A stretch of DNA of 22,478 bases from an uncultured bacterium. Its GTDB lineage: Bacteria; SAR324; NAC60-12. The translations under genes and the position numbers were made by a program. The notes under the pieces are model-generated. The model ran no database searches. It saw nothing but the letters and a program-made list of their open reading frames with translations, and was not told where the DNA came from. This document shows positions 7,491 to 15,991 of the stretch, piece by piece (positions within the stretch are counted from its first letter, which is position 1; each line of letters opens with the position of its first letter). The DNA lies in the NCBI GenBank assembly GCA_964010765.1, contig CAXGMD010000058.1, positions 1 through 22,478 on the forward strand. Reading direction: 5' to 3'.

Positions 7491-7901
7491 TCAGAACGGC
7501 TTGGCAGAAGCCATGTAGATCATAAAGGCGGAGGTACAGAAGATGCCAATGTGGACAAACATTGCCATTGGCTTAGGTAGGTCACGTTTGAGAATCTGCA
7601 TTCCATTCAGAAATCCGAAAACAATCAGCAGTAACAAGCCAACCAGTTTGTAGTGCAACCAGAGCCCATTGCTGAAGGCTCCTGTGATCGTTGCTAGGTA
7701 TAGACCCGTTGCCACGGCAATCCCCAAGATTGGGTAGTAGATGAACTTGTAGATTCGATGCTGAATCCACTGGGCTCCGGCAATCTGGGCATCTTCAGTC
7801 ATCCGAAAACGAAAAACTACCGCAAGAGACTGTACGAACAGAGTTCCAACGACGAGACAAACAGCGGTCACGTGAACGGCGACCATCGTATGATAGAGCA
7901 T
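7491..7901 (-). CDS. Four-TM membrane protein, CopD/DUF2269/SirB2-like
   Basis: Four hydrophobic segments, a His in TM1 and a WLHYKL motif. Confidence 0.55.
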   Translation of the reverse strand: MLYHTMVAVHVTAVCLVVGTLFVQSLAVVFRFRMTEDAQIAGAQWIQHRIYKFIYYPILGIAVATGLYLATITGAFSNGLWLHYKLVGLLLLIVFGFLNGMQILKRDLPKPMAMFVHIGIFCTSAFMIYMASAKPF

Positions 7902-8166
7902 GGATGAACCACAGCATGAGGTGAATCAAAGATTTGTGAAGAACATTCAGCTTACGAAGTTACTCTGTAGTTGCAAGCACGCTCCAACAAATCCACTTAC
8001 GATTGCTGATTTGATTGGCGAAGGCTTACCGTACTGACCAACTAAAAAATCATTGGTCTTCTGCATCCCAAGAGTTGCCTATGCTCAACGCTTATCGCAA
8101 AATAGAGAGATATGTTAAGAAACCAATCTTCCAAACTGATTTACTTTTTTTCCGAAGGAATTATAA

Positions 8167-8646
8167 ATGTCCGAGTTCCACGCACTACAACTTACTGATC
8201 TAGAAGGTAAAGAACGCTCTCTCTCAGACTACGCCGGCAAGGTTTTGCTGCTGGTTAATGTGGCAAGTCACTGTGGTAAGACCCCACAATACAAGGGACT
8301 CGAAGAGTTGCACCAGCGCTATCAAGAACAGGGTTTCAGCGTGATGGGTTTTCCTTGCAATCAGTTTGGACGGCAAGAACCAGGAACTGCCCAAGAAATC
8401 CGACAGTTTTGTAAGCTTAATTATGGAGTGACGTTTCCCATCTTTGCCAAGCTAGAGGTCAATGGAACAAACCAACACCCACTCTATGCACTTTTGACCG
8501 GGCCAACCGCTGCATTTCCAGGAAAGATCACCTGGAACTTCGAGAAATTCCTAGTAAACCGAGAAGGGGAGGTACACCAACGCTTTGCCCCAGGAACAAC
8601 TCCGAGCGATTCGGAACTGATCCAGGCTCTGGAAGCGCTGCTCTGA
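8167..8646 (+). CDS. Glutathione peroxidase family protein (Cys type)
   Basis: VNVASHCGKTPQY, GFPCNQFGRQEPG, ITWNFEKFLV; RBS AAGGA upstream. Confidence 0.95.
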   Translation: MSEFHALQLTDLEGKERSLSDYAGKVLLLVNVASHCGKTPQYKGLEELHQRYQEQGFSVMGFPCNQFGRQEPGTAQEIRQFCKLNYGVTFPIFAKLEVNGTNQHPLYALLTGPTAAFPGKITWNFEKFLVNREGEVHQRFAPGTTPSDSELIQALEALL

Positions 8647-8649
8647 ATT

Positions 8650-9264
8650 ATGCTTCGTTTTAGTAATCAGATGAGTACGCTTCCTATCCAGCTGGTACTA
8701 CTCGGCATACTCGCTGTTATAAGCTGTTTGGGCTTCAGCTCTCCAGCCAGGGCACAATTGCTTCCTATGGCTGGAATTCTGGGCAACGCTGGCCAACAGA
8801 ATTACGAGGACTGCATCCTTAACAACATGAAGGGAGTACAGAGCGACATTGCAGCCCAGGCGATTCTGGATGCTTGTCGTAGCAAGTTTCCAAATGCCAA
8901 CGGAGGAGCCGGACTGCCTACTCAAAGCAAGCCAGGGATCCTACCCAACCAAGCGCTTAACCAACTGAACGGTGAACTGTTGCAGGATCTCGGTAGTGAG
9001 TTGGTCTTCCGTCTCTATAATGGCAGTTCGGACTGGGAGATCCATTCCTTGACGCTAGGATTGCAGTATTGGGATCCAACTCGGTCAACCAGTATTGTGG
9101 AACGACACACTCAGACGATGGCTACTGAACAATCATTTCTACCTTCACAGTGGCTGGAAATCCGGATGAACAACCCCTCAAACTCTCCTCACCTGTTACT
9201 GGAGCGCTGGTGGTTTGAGAGTGCCAACGGTCGTCAACTACCCAGCTTGCCAACCAACCGTTGA
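8650..9264 (+). CDS. Secreted hypothetical protein with a two-Cys helical motif (VF_A0006-like)
   Basis: Signal-peptide-like N-terminus ending ARA-Q; motif YEDCILNNMKGVQSDIAAQAILDACRSKFP. Confidence 0.6.
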   Translation: MLRFSNQMSTLPIQLVLLGILAVISCLGFSSPARAQLLPMAGILGNAGQQNYEDCILNNMKGVQSDIAAQAILDACRSKFPNANGGAGLPTQSKPGILPNQALNQLNGELLQDLGSELVFRLYNGSSDWEIHSLTLGLQYWDPTRSTSIVERHTQTMATEQSFLPSQWLEIRMNNPSNSPHLLLERWWFESANGRQLPSLPTNR

Positions 9265-9476
9265 GAGTGATCAACTTACTACTTGACAACACGCAGCTTT
9301 TCGTCAGATCAGTAATCGTAAAAAACATCCTGATGAACGCCTTGCGGCCCTAAAAAATTTCCGTTAAGGTGACATCCCAGATGATCTGATTGTCCCTCTG
9401 TCCAGACATATTCTGGTTTGAGCCAATCATCTTCCACGCCGCCAACATCTTCCATTTCGTTAGACAGGAGTCTACT

Positions 9477-9764
9477 ATGACAAAAGTATGTATCGTGCAG
9501 AAGCGGCAGATCGTACTGTTGAAAAAGGAAATCTACGTCGAGGGCAGTCAGGAAGAGATTGAAGAGTGGATTATTCAAAATCAGTTGGATGACACCAAGT
9601 ACCAGTGGCGAACCCACACCGAATACATCGATCCAGGGCACGAAGAGTACGAAATTCTTGAGGTCCCTGAGGATGATGGCTACGACTTCCTACGCTACGT
9701 CCGCAAGCCCCCGGTCTATAACCTGGAACGGGACAACGGCCGAAAGATCCAGACCAAGAAATAA
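9477..9764 (+). CDS. Small acidic hypothetical protein (95 aa)
   Basis: Strong RBS AGGAG at 9466-9470 before the ATG at 9477 (MTKVCIVQKR...). Ends 11 bp before the PKS start. Confidence 0.75.
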   Translation: MTKVCIVQKRQIVLLKKEIYVEGSQEEIEEWIIQNQLDDTKYQWRTHTEYIDPGHEEYEILEVPEDDGYDFLRYVRKPPVYNLERDNGRKIQTKK

Positions 9765-9775
9765 TCCTACTGCGA

Positions 9776-10837
9776 ATGCCTCGAATCTTGGCACTCGCCC
9801 ATGCCTTTCCTCCCCATTACTGCTCTCAAGATGAACTGAGTTTCGCCCTGCGCATTGCTTGGCAGGACCAGGGGCTTGATGTGGCGATTTTTGATCGCTT
9901 GCAGCGCAACGTCCAGGTTCAGGGGCGCTACCTGGCTCGACCGTTGGAAGAGTACCACCACTTCAATTCCTTCACCCAAACCAACCAGATCTGGCAGGAA
10001 GAAGCCCTGCATCTCAGTGAGCAAGTAGTCCAGCAAGTACTGGATCAAGCTCAGCTAGCAGCCGACCAAGTCCAGTTGCTGATGAGTACAACAGTGACAG
10101 GAATCGCGGTACCTTCACTAGAAGCCTGCCTGATGAACCGACTGCCGTTTGCACCGACGACTCGACGAGTCCCCCTGTTTGGACTGGGTTGTTTGGCTGG
10201 AACCGCTGGGATTGCCCGTTGTGCTGATTACCTCCGAGCTTACCCCACCCATGCCGCTTTGCTACTCTCGGTGGAACTCTGCTCCCTAACTTTACAGAAG
10301 CAGGACTTGTCCATAGCGAATCTGATTGCTAGTGGCCTCTTTGGTGATGGAGCTGCAGCTGCGCTGCTCGTTGGTGACGAGCATCCTCTGGCTTCAGCCG
10401 CACCTGTGGGTGTACTCGACTCCTGTTCGGTCTTCTTTCCAGATTCTGAAGAGGTGATGGGCTGGGAAGTCAGTGCATCTGGCCTTAAGATCGTCCTCTC
10501 TCCAGGTGTTCCTCATTATACCCGAGAGGCACTACCTGGACCCCTGAAGGATTTCCTCGCCCAGCACAACCTGAAACTTGGTGAGATCCGTCACTGGGTC
10601 AGTCATCCCGGAGGTCCCAAGGTGATTGACGCGCTGGAAGAAGGGCTGGTATTACCAGCAGGGACACTGAACCGAACGCGTCAGAGCCTCGCTGAGATTG
10701 GTAATCTCTCCTCAACCTCTGTGCTGATTATTCTGGAAGAATGGCTACGTGACAGGATAGCGGAGCCAGGTGACTGGGGGATGATGCTCTCGATGGGGCC
10801 AGGCTTTTGTGCAGAAGCTGCGTTGCTGCGCTGGTGA
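9776..10837 (+). CDS. Type III polyketide synthase (alkylresorcinol/alkylpyrone synthase-like; SrsA/BcsA type)
   Basis: Catalytic Cys-His-Asn triad in GLGCLAG, SHPGGPKV and IGNLSS; LFGDGAAA; C-terminal MGPGFCAE. Confidence 0.93.
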   Translation: MPRILALAHAFPPHYCSQDELSFALRIAWQDQGLDVAIFDRLQRNVQVQGRYLARPLEEYHHFNSFTQTNQIWQEEALHLSEQVVQQVLDQAQLAADQVQLLMSTTVTGIAVPSLEACLMNRLPFAPTTRRVPLFGLGCLAGTAGIARCADYLRAYPTHAALLLSVELCSLTLQKQDLSIANLIASGLFGDGAAAALLVGDEHPLASAAPVGVLDSCSVFFPDSEEVMGWEVSASGLKIVLSPGVPHYTREALPGPLKDFLAQHNLKLGEIRHWVSHPGGPKVIDALEEGLVLPAGTLNRTRQSLAEIGNLSSTSVLIILEEWLRDRIAEPGDWGMMLSMGPGFCAEAALLRW

Positions 10838-10849
10838 GCGTTGAGTGAA

Positions 10850-12022
10850 TCAGTTTTCCTGACGATAGGGTGAGAGTTCCGGATTGTCTTCGATATTGCT
10901 CTGAATTGAACGCTTCTCTTCCTCAATGAATTCTCCAATTGCCCGATGAAAGGCAGGATGGGCAATCCAGTGAGCGCTGTAGGTCAGATTGGGTAAGAAA
11001 CCTCGCTGGATCTTGTGTGCTCCCTGGGCACCGGCTTCAAAACGCTGCACACCTTGTTCAATTGCATACTCAATCAGACGGTAATAACAGAGTTCAAAGT
11101 GCAGGCTCCGAAAGTCCTGCCGACAGCCCCAGTAGCGTCCAAAGAGATGTGGTCCTTTGTGATAATTGATCGTACCAGCCACCCATCTCCCCTGCTTGCG
11201 GGCAAGTGCAAGCACCAGTTGATCTCGAAAATGTGTGAAGATGTACTGAAAAAACTCATAACTCAAGTAAGGCATCGCCCACTTGCGATCAATCGTAGTT
11301 AAGTAGAAGTCATACATCACTCGGCAGAGCTTCGGCTCAACCTCCTCTCCTCGCAGCAGGATTACCTCCAACCCTTGTTCCTGCACCTGCCGACGTTCTC
11401 GCAGAATCTCCTTGCGGCGTTTGCTTCTGAGTCGACTGAGGAAGTCTTCAAAGCTGTCATAACCCTGATTCTGCCAATGAAATTGGAAGCTATGTCGCAA
11501 TAGTAGACCAGCTGCTTCATAGATTTCACACTCCTCTGCAGGAATAAAAAGAAAGTGCAGAGACGAACAGCCTTCTTGCTGGACTAACTCCAGGGCACTG
11601 GCGAGCAACTGCTGCTGAAATTCTCTGGGATTGGATGCATCTGCCGAAACCAGTAGCTTGGGACCCGTCGCTGGAGTAAAGGGGACGGCTGAGGTGAGTT
11701 TGGGGAAATAGCGTTGACTATAACGTTGGTAGGCGTTCGCCCAATCCCAGTCAAAGATGTATTCCCCATTGCTGTTGGTTTTCCGGTAAAGGTAGCAGGC
11801 GGCCTGCAGCTGTTTCCCTTCCCAGAGTGTCAGGTAGCGAGGTTCCCAGCCAGGTTCAATTCCGACGCAGTGTCCTTCTTCCAGCGCAAGTAAATAGTCG
11901 TATTCAGCGAAGGGGAAAGCATCTCCAATCAGTCGATTCCAGGACTCTGGGGCGACCTCACGAAGGCTGTGAAAAACCTGTTGGTGCAAATTGCTATCGG
12001 TTTGAAGGGCAGTGCTGCTCAC
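10850..12022 (-). CDS. FemAB-like GNAT family protein (DUF482)
   Basis: NSNGEYIFDWDWANAY, PFTPATGP, LFGRYWG, LHFELCYY, FEAGAQGAHKIQRGF. Probable GTG start at 12022, 1 nt after the upstream stop. Confidence 0.88.
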   Translation of the reverse strand: MSSTALQTDSNLHQQVFHSLREVAPESWNRLIGDAFPFAEYDYLLALEEGHCVGIEPGWEPRYLTLWEGKQLQAACYLYRKTNSNGEYIFDWDWANAYQRYSQRYFPKLTSAVPFTPATGPKLLVSADASNPREFQQQLLASALELVQQEGCSSLHFLFIPAEECEIYEAAGLLLRHSFQFHWQNQGYDSFEDFLSRLRSKRRKEILRERRQVQEQGLEVILLRGEEVEPKLCRVMYDFYLTTIDRKWAMPYLSYEFFQYIFTHFRDQLVLALARKQGRWVAGTINYHKGPHLFGRYWGCRQDFRSLHFELCYYRLIEYAIEQGVQRFEAGAQGAHKIQRGFLPNLTYSAHWIAHPAFHRAIGEFIEEEKRSIQSNIEDNPELSPYRQEN

Positions 12023-12023
12023 G

Positions 12024-12692
12024 TCAGTCTTCGACCTGAACCACATGGATCTTGTCGGCAACGTGGAAGGGAAGAATGGCCTGTTGTTCTTCCTGCTGGA
12101 GTGCCATTGAACTCATCACGTCGGCACGGGAAATCACTTGATGCTTCTGACCTGGAATCACCTGCTGGGTGTGCAGGATCTTGAGCAATTCCTCGGAATC
12201 TTCCAATTCTTCGGCAATCATTATGATCTCCACCATCATGCCTTCTTCTGCCTGATCCAGGGTGAAGCAGTCCTCTGGTAGGGAATGGCCGGGCATCGGC
12301 GTCCCGTGAGGGCAGGTCTCTGGATAGTTAAGAAAGGCGGCCAGCTTATCGACAACCGTGGGAGTCATCGCATGTTCGAGTTGATGAGCGTGCTTGTGTA
12401 CTTCATACCAGGGGATTCCCAGAGTATTGCAGAGAAAATATTCGGCAAGATTGTGGCGGAAGGCAATGTCGCAGGCGAGACGCTCTCCTTCCCTGGTCAG
12501 GTTGATCTCTTTCTTGTCATCCATCTGGATCAACTCATCTCGCTGCATGCGCTGCAGGGTAGCGTGTACCGTTGGGGCACTGCTCTTGAGACGCTGTGCT
12601 AGGGTGACGGCCTTGAGGCGCTCTCCAGCACCTCGCAACTGGTATAGCAGCAAGAGGTACTCTTCAATGACAATCGAGTGTTTCTCAGACAT
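12024..12692 (-). CDS. DtxR/MntR/IdeR-family metal-dependent transcriptional regulator with FeoA-like C-terminal domain
   Basis: IEEYLLLLY, wHTH, RHNLAEYFL, HKHAHQLEHAM, CPHGTPMP. Confidence 0.92.
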   Translation of the reverse strand: MSEKHSIVIEEYLLLLYQLRGAGERLKAVTLAQRLKSSAPTVHATLQRMQRDELIQMDDKKEINLTREGERLACDIAFRHNLAEYFLCNTLGIPWYEVHKHAHQLEHAMTPTVVDKLAAFLNYPETCPHGTPMPGHSLPEDCFTLDQAEEGMMVEIIMIAEELEDSEELLKILHTQQVIPGQKHQVISRADVMSSMALQQEEQQAILPFHVADKIHVVQVED

Positions 12693-12722
12693 TGGGAGTT
12701 CCTGACAGAGATGAGCAAAGAT

Positions 12723-12739
12723 TTAGACTGTTAGCCTAG
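12723..12739. promoter_or_regulatory. Candidate DtxR/MntR-type operator overlapping a possible extended -10
   Basis: Imperfect palindrome TTAGACT-GTT-AGCCTAG about 30 bp upstream of the regulator start. The minus strand reads TGC-TAGGCT. Confidence 0.4.
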
Positions 12740-12833
12740 CAAGGCTCTGCCAGAAAAACAAACAGGATTCAGCTTTTATAGTGGTGGTTGGTCTGCTAAG
12801 TCCATTCTATTTCTGGCAGACACCTACGGCTAG
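12736..12833. other. Long imperfect hairpin (~98 nt) between ruvC and the DtxR-family gene
   Basis: Nested pairs CTAGC/GCTAG (12736-12740/12829-12833), TCTGCCAGAAA/TTTCTGGCAGA (12746-12756/12810-12820) and GGATTCAGC/GCTAAGTCC (12765-12773/12795-12803). Confidence 0.65.
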
Positions 12834-12845
12834 ACGGAGGAAATA

Positions 12846-13343
12846 TCACGGAAGACGCTGCAAACGTTGCTGCAACGGAAGGATATGGGCGTGAGTGAGG
12901 GAAACAGCCAACGCATCGGCTTCGTCTTCTTGGAGTGGACGAGATCGGAGATTCAGCAGCATACGGACCATGTGCTGAATCTGCTCTTTCTGGGCACCAC
13001 CTGTTCCTACCAGAGATTGCTTGACCTGTCTCGGCGCATACTCGTGTAGACGAACCTGCCGACGTCCCAGTTCTAGTAGCACGACCCCTCGCACATGTCC
13101 CAGCACCAAGGCAGAGCGTGGGTGCTTTGCAAAGAAGACTTCTTCGACAACTCCACAATCTGGTTGCCACTGCTGAATCAAGTCTCCAAGAGCATCACCT
13201 AGAAGAACCAAACGTTCTGCTAATGATTTCGATTCCGGCAGGCGGATACAACCACTGGAGAGATAGCGATTGTGCTGAGGAGTCGCTTCAATTAGACCAT
13301 AACCCGTACGACGACTACCTGGATCAATCCCTAGAATTCTCAT
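12846..13343 (-). CDS. ruvC: Holliday junction resolvase RuvC
   Basis: MRILGIDPGSRRTGYG, VEEVFF, DEADALAV. Confidence 0.96.
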   Translation of the reverse strand: MRILGIDPGSRRTGYGLIEATPQHNRYLSSGCIRLPESKSLAERLVLLGDALGDLIQQWQPDCGVVEEVFFAKHPRSALVLGHVRGVVLLELGRRQVRLHEYAPRQVKQSLVGTGGAQKEQIQHMVRMLLNLRSRPLQEDEADALAVSLTHAHILPLQQRLQRLP

Positions 13344-13346
13344 GCT

Positions 13347-14102
13347 TCAGGACGCTAACTGAGTGGCCACTTCCTCACTAATATCGAAATTGGAATAGAC
13401 CTGCTGGACATCATCATCATCTTCCAGCATCTCAATCAGACGAATGACCTGCTCTGCCTTCTGAGCATCTTCAATAGCAATCCGGTTTTGTGGATTCCAA
13501 ATAATACCAGAGTGTTGCATCGGTACAGAATTCTCTTCCAAGAAACTACGCACCTGCTCCAGATCCGCAATGCTTGTGTAGACCTCGTAGTTTTCTGGGT
13601 CTTCCGTATTCAGATCCTCTGCGCCTGCTTCCAGAATAAATTCTGTCAGTGCATCTTCGCTGATCTTGTCTTTCTCAATCGTGATTTGTCCAAGTCGATC
13701 AAACATGTATTGCACAGAGTTAGTGGAACCCAAACTACCACCCGATTTGTTGAAAGCGTAGCGAATGGACGCAATCGTACGGTTGCGATTATCGGTCATC
13801 GCCTCAACAATGATTGCCACATTGTGTGGGCCGTACCCTTCGTAAACAATCTCCTCGTAGTTATCACCTTCACCTTCTCCAATTGCCTTCTTGATTGCCC
13901 GCATGATATTGTCCATCGGCATTGACTGACCCCGCGCATTTGCTACCGCAGTGCGTAACCGAGGATTGGCATCAATGTCTCCACCCCCCACTCGGGCCGC
14001 CACTGTAACCTCCTTGATCAATTTGGTGAAGAGCTTGCCTCGCTTGGCATCCTGGGCAGCCTTCTTGTGCTTGATCGTGCTCCACTTACTGTGTCCTGAC
14101 AT
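13347..14102 (-). CDS. yebC: YebC/PmpR family protein
   Basis: MSGHSKWSTIKHKK, YEGYGP, TDNRNRT, LEDDDDVQQVYSN. Confidence 0.97.
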   Translation of the reverse strand: MSGHSKWSTIKHKKAAQDAKRGKLFTKLIKEVTVAARVGGGDIDANPRLRTAVANARGQSMPMDNIMRAIKKAIGEGEGDNYEEIVYEGYGPHNVAIIVEAMTDNRNRTIASIRYAFNKSGGSLGSTNSVQYMFDRLGQITIEKDKISEDALTEFILEAGAEDLNTEDPENYEVYTSIADLEQVRSFLEENSVPMQHSGIIWNPQNRIAIEDAQKAEQVIRLIEMLEDDDDVQQVYSNFDISEEVATQLAS

Positions 14103-14108
14103 GATTCC

Positions 14109-15485
14109 CTATTCGATGATTTTACCGACCAGATCATAGTCATGCGCTTCGGTGATCTCCACAGAGTGGAAAGTTCCCGGACGCGCGTTACCCTCATTGA
14201 TATAGACCAACCCATCTACTTCTGGTCCCTGAAACGCAGCTCTGCCCTGTAACAATAGCTCTGTCTCTTCTGCATAACCATCCACCAAGACGGGCAAGAC
14301 ATGTCCTACTCTAGCTTGATTACGTTGCTGGCTAACCTGGCGCTGTACCTCCATCAGGCGTTGCTTTCGTTCGTGCTTAACCGCATTAGGAACAGGATCA
14401 CCCAAGCGCGCTGAACGAATATTATCTTCTGGAGAGTAGGTGAACACACCCACATGAGTGAAATGTCCTGCTGCCACAAATTCCAAGAGTTCTTCAAAGG
14501 CCTCTTCTGTCTCTGTCGGGAAGCCAACAATGAAGGTTGTTCGCCAAGCCACCTCTGGGAGGACTCTTTTTACTTCCTGCATCTTCTGCTCAATCTGTGA
14601 CCGAGTGATCTTGCGGTTCATCTTGCGTAGGACACTGTCTTCGATGTGTTGAAAAGGCATGTCCAGATAAGCACAAAATCGCTTGTCCGCAGCAAAAGCT
14701 GCCAACGCCTCATCTGTAAAGGTGTTGGGATAGCAGTAGAAGAGACGAACCCAAAAATCACCTTCCAAGGCACTGATGGCACGCAGCAACTCCGCAAGCT
14801 CCAACTGGCCTCGATCTCTACCGAAGGAAGAAGTGTCCTGTGAGATCAGGTTGATTTCCTTAACCCCTCTGCTCACTAACTGTTGGATCTCGTTCACGAT
14901 GGATGGGACACTGCGGCTGCTCAGCAATCCCCGCAACATCGGAATGTTGCAGAAAGAGCACATATTCGAGCAACCTTCCGCAATCTTAACATAAGCAAAA
15001 TGACGAGGAGTGGACTGCTGCTTTTCCTGTTCCTCAAATTGCTGGTAGTGTGGCTTGGGCTGAACAAAAGAGTGTTGCTTGCCCGGTTCTCTGCGCACCT
15101 GATCTAACAAAGGAACAATCTCACTGAAATCCTGAGAGCCCAGCAAAGCATCTAGTTCTGGGAGTTCTTTCAGTAAGTCTTCACGATAGCGCTGGCTTAA
15201 GCAACCAGCTGCCACCAATGTGGAACAGCGTCCGGTCTCTTTGAATTCGCTGAGCTCAAGAATGCGCTGGACAGATTCTTCAGTAGCTGAAGTCAGGAAG
15301 GCACAGGTGTTGACAACGATAGCGTCAGCTTCCTGTGGTTCGAGCGTGAGTGTGTAGTGATTTTGGGAAAGGTGGTGGAGCATGATTTCTGAGTCCACCC
15401 GGTTTTTCGAACAACCGAGCGTCTCGACATACACCTTGGCCCTTCCCACAGTGTGAGGTGCAGGCATAGGAAATGCCCGAGGCAA
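14109..15485 (-). CDS. rimO: Ribosomal protein S12 methylthiotransferase RimO
   Basis: LGCSKNRVDSE, VNTCAF, radical SAM CSNMCSFC, YLDMPFQH, C-terminal TRAM GPEVDG. The start may instead be the ATG at 15467. Confidence 0.95.
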   Translation of the reverse strand: MPRAFPMPAPHTVGRAKVYVETLGCSKNRVDSEIMLHHLSQNHYTLTLEPQEADAIVVNTCAFLTSATEESVQRILELSEFKETGRCSTLVAAGCLSQRYREDLLKELPELDALLGSQDFSEIVPLLDQVRREPGKQHSFVQPKPHYQQFEEQEKQQSTPRHFAYVKIAEGCSNMCSFCNIPMLRGLLSSRSVPSIVNEIQQLVSRGVKEINLISQDTSSFGRDRGQLELAELLRAISALEGDFWVRLFYCYPNTFTDEALAAFAADKRFCAYLDMPFQHIEDSVLRKMNRKITRSQIEQKMQEVKRVLPEVAWRTTFIVGFPTETEEAFEELLEFVAAGHFTHVGVFTYSPEDNIRSARLGDPVPNAVKHERKQRLMEVQRQVSQQRNQARVGHVLPVLVDGYAEETELLLQGRAAFQGPEVDGLVYINEGNARPGTFHSVEITEAHDYDLVGKIIE

Positions 15486-15487
15486 GA

Positions 15488-15985
15488 TCAGGCGGTTTTT
15501 TCTGTTTCTACTTCAGCCTTTGGCTCGTTGACCTGAGTGCTGACTTCTTCAAGTAGTGATGGAGCCGGTTGTGGCTTGGCAGCTTTACGACTCTTGGTTT
15601 TTTTGAGGGCACTGAGTGCATCGTTTTCACTTCCCACCAACTGCACAATAGCCATTTCGGAAGCATCACCCAAACGGCGCTTGGCCAACTTGATCACACG
15701 GCAGTAGCCTCCGGGGCGTTCCTTATAGCGCTCCGCTATCTCTCCAAAGAGGTTTTCCATCGCCAGTTTGCTCTTCACAAAGCGCAAGACCTGGCGTCGA
15801 GCGTGTAGATCACCACGTTTGGCAAAGGTGATCATCTTCTCTAAGGGAACACGAACCTCTTTGGCTCGGGCTAGGGTACAAGTGACTTCCCCATTTTCTA
15901 GGATTGAAGTCACCATGTTACGCATCATTGCTCGGCGGTGTGATGAGGAAACTCCAAGCTTTCTTCCAGCTTTCAAGTGTCGCAT
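15488..15985 (-). CDS. rplQ: 50S ribosomal protein L17
   Basis: [11 protein letters not shown]...RPGGYCRV; low-complexity C-terminal extension. Confidence 0.98.
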   Translation of the reverse strand: MRHLKAGRKLGVSSSHRRAMMRNMVTSILENGEVTCTLARAKEVRVPLEKMITFAKRGDLHARRQVLRFVKSKLAMENLFGEIAERYKERPGGYCRVIKLAKRRLGDASEMAIVQLVGSENDALSALKKTKSRKAAKPQPAPSLLEEVSTQVNEPKAEVETEKTA

Positions 15986-15991
15986 GGTCGA

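Noticed and set aside
8260..8290. Selenocysteine in the glutathione peroxidase active site
   Set aside because: The codon is TGT (Cys) and the ORF has no in-frame TGA.
9330..9356. Hammerhead ribozyme suggested by CTGATGA followed by a small stem
   Set aside because: The required GAAA core after stem II is missing.
12023..12061. ORF-track start of the GNAT gene at 12061
   Set aside because: It overlaps the regulator's 3' end; the GTG at 12022 fits better.
6173..12711. 13-mer TTCCTGACAGAGA present at 6173-6185 and 12699-12711
   Set aside because: A few exact 13-bp matches are expected by chance in 22 kb, and the contexts differ (between convergent genes versus an RBS region).
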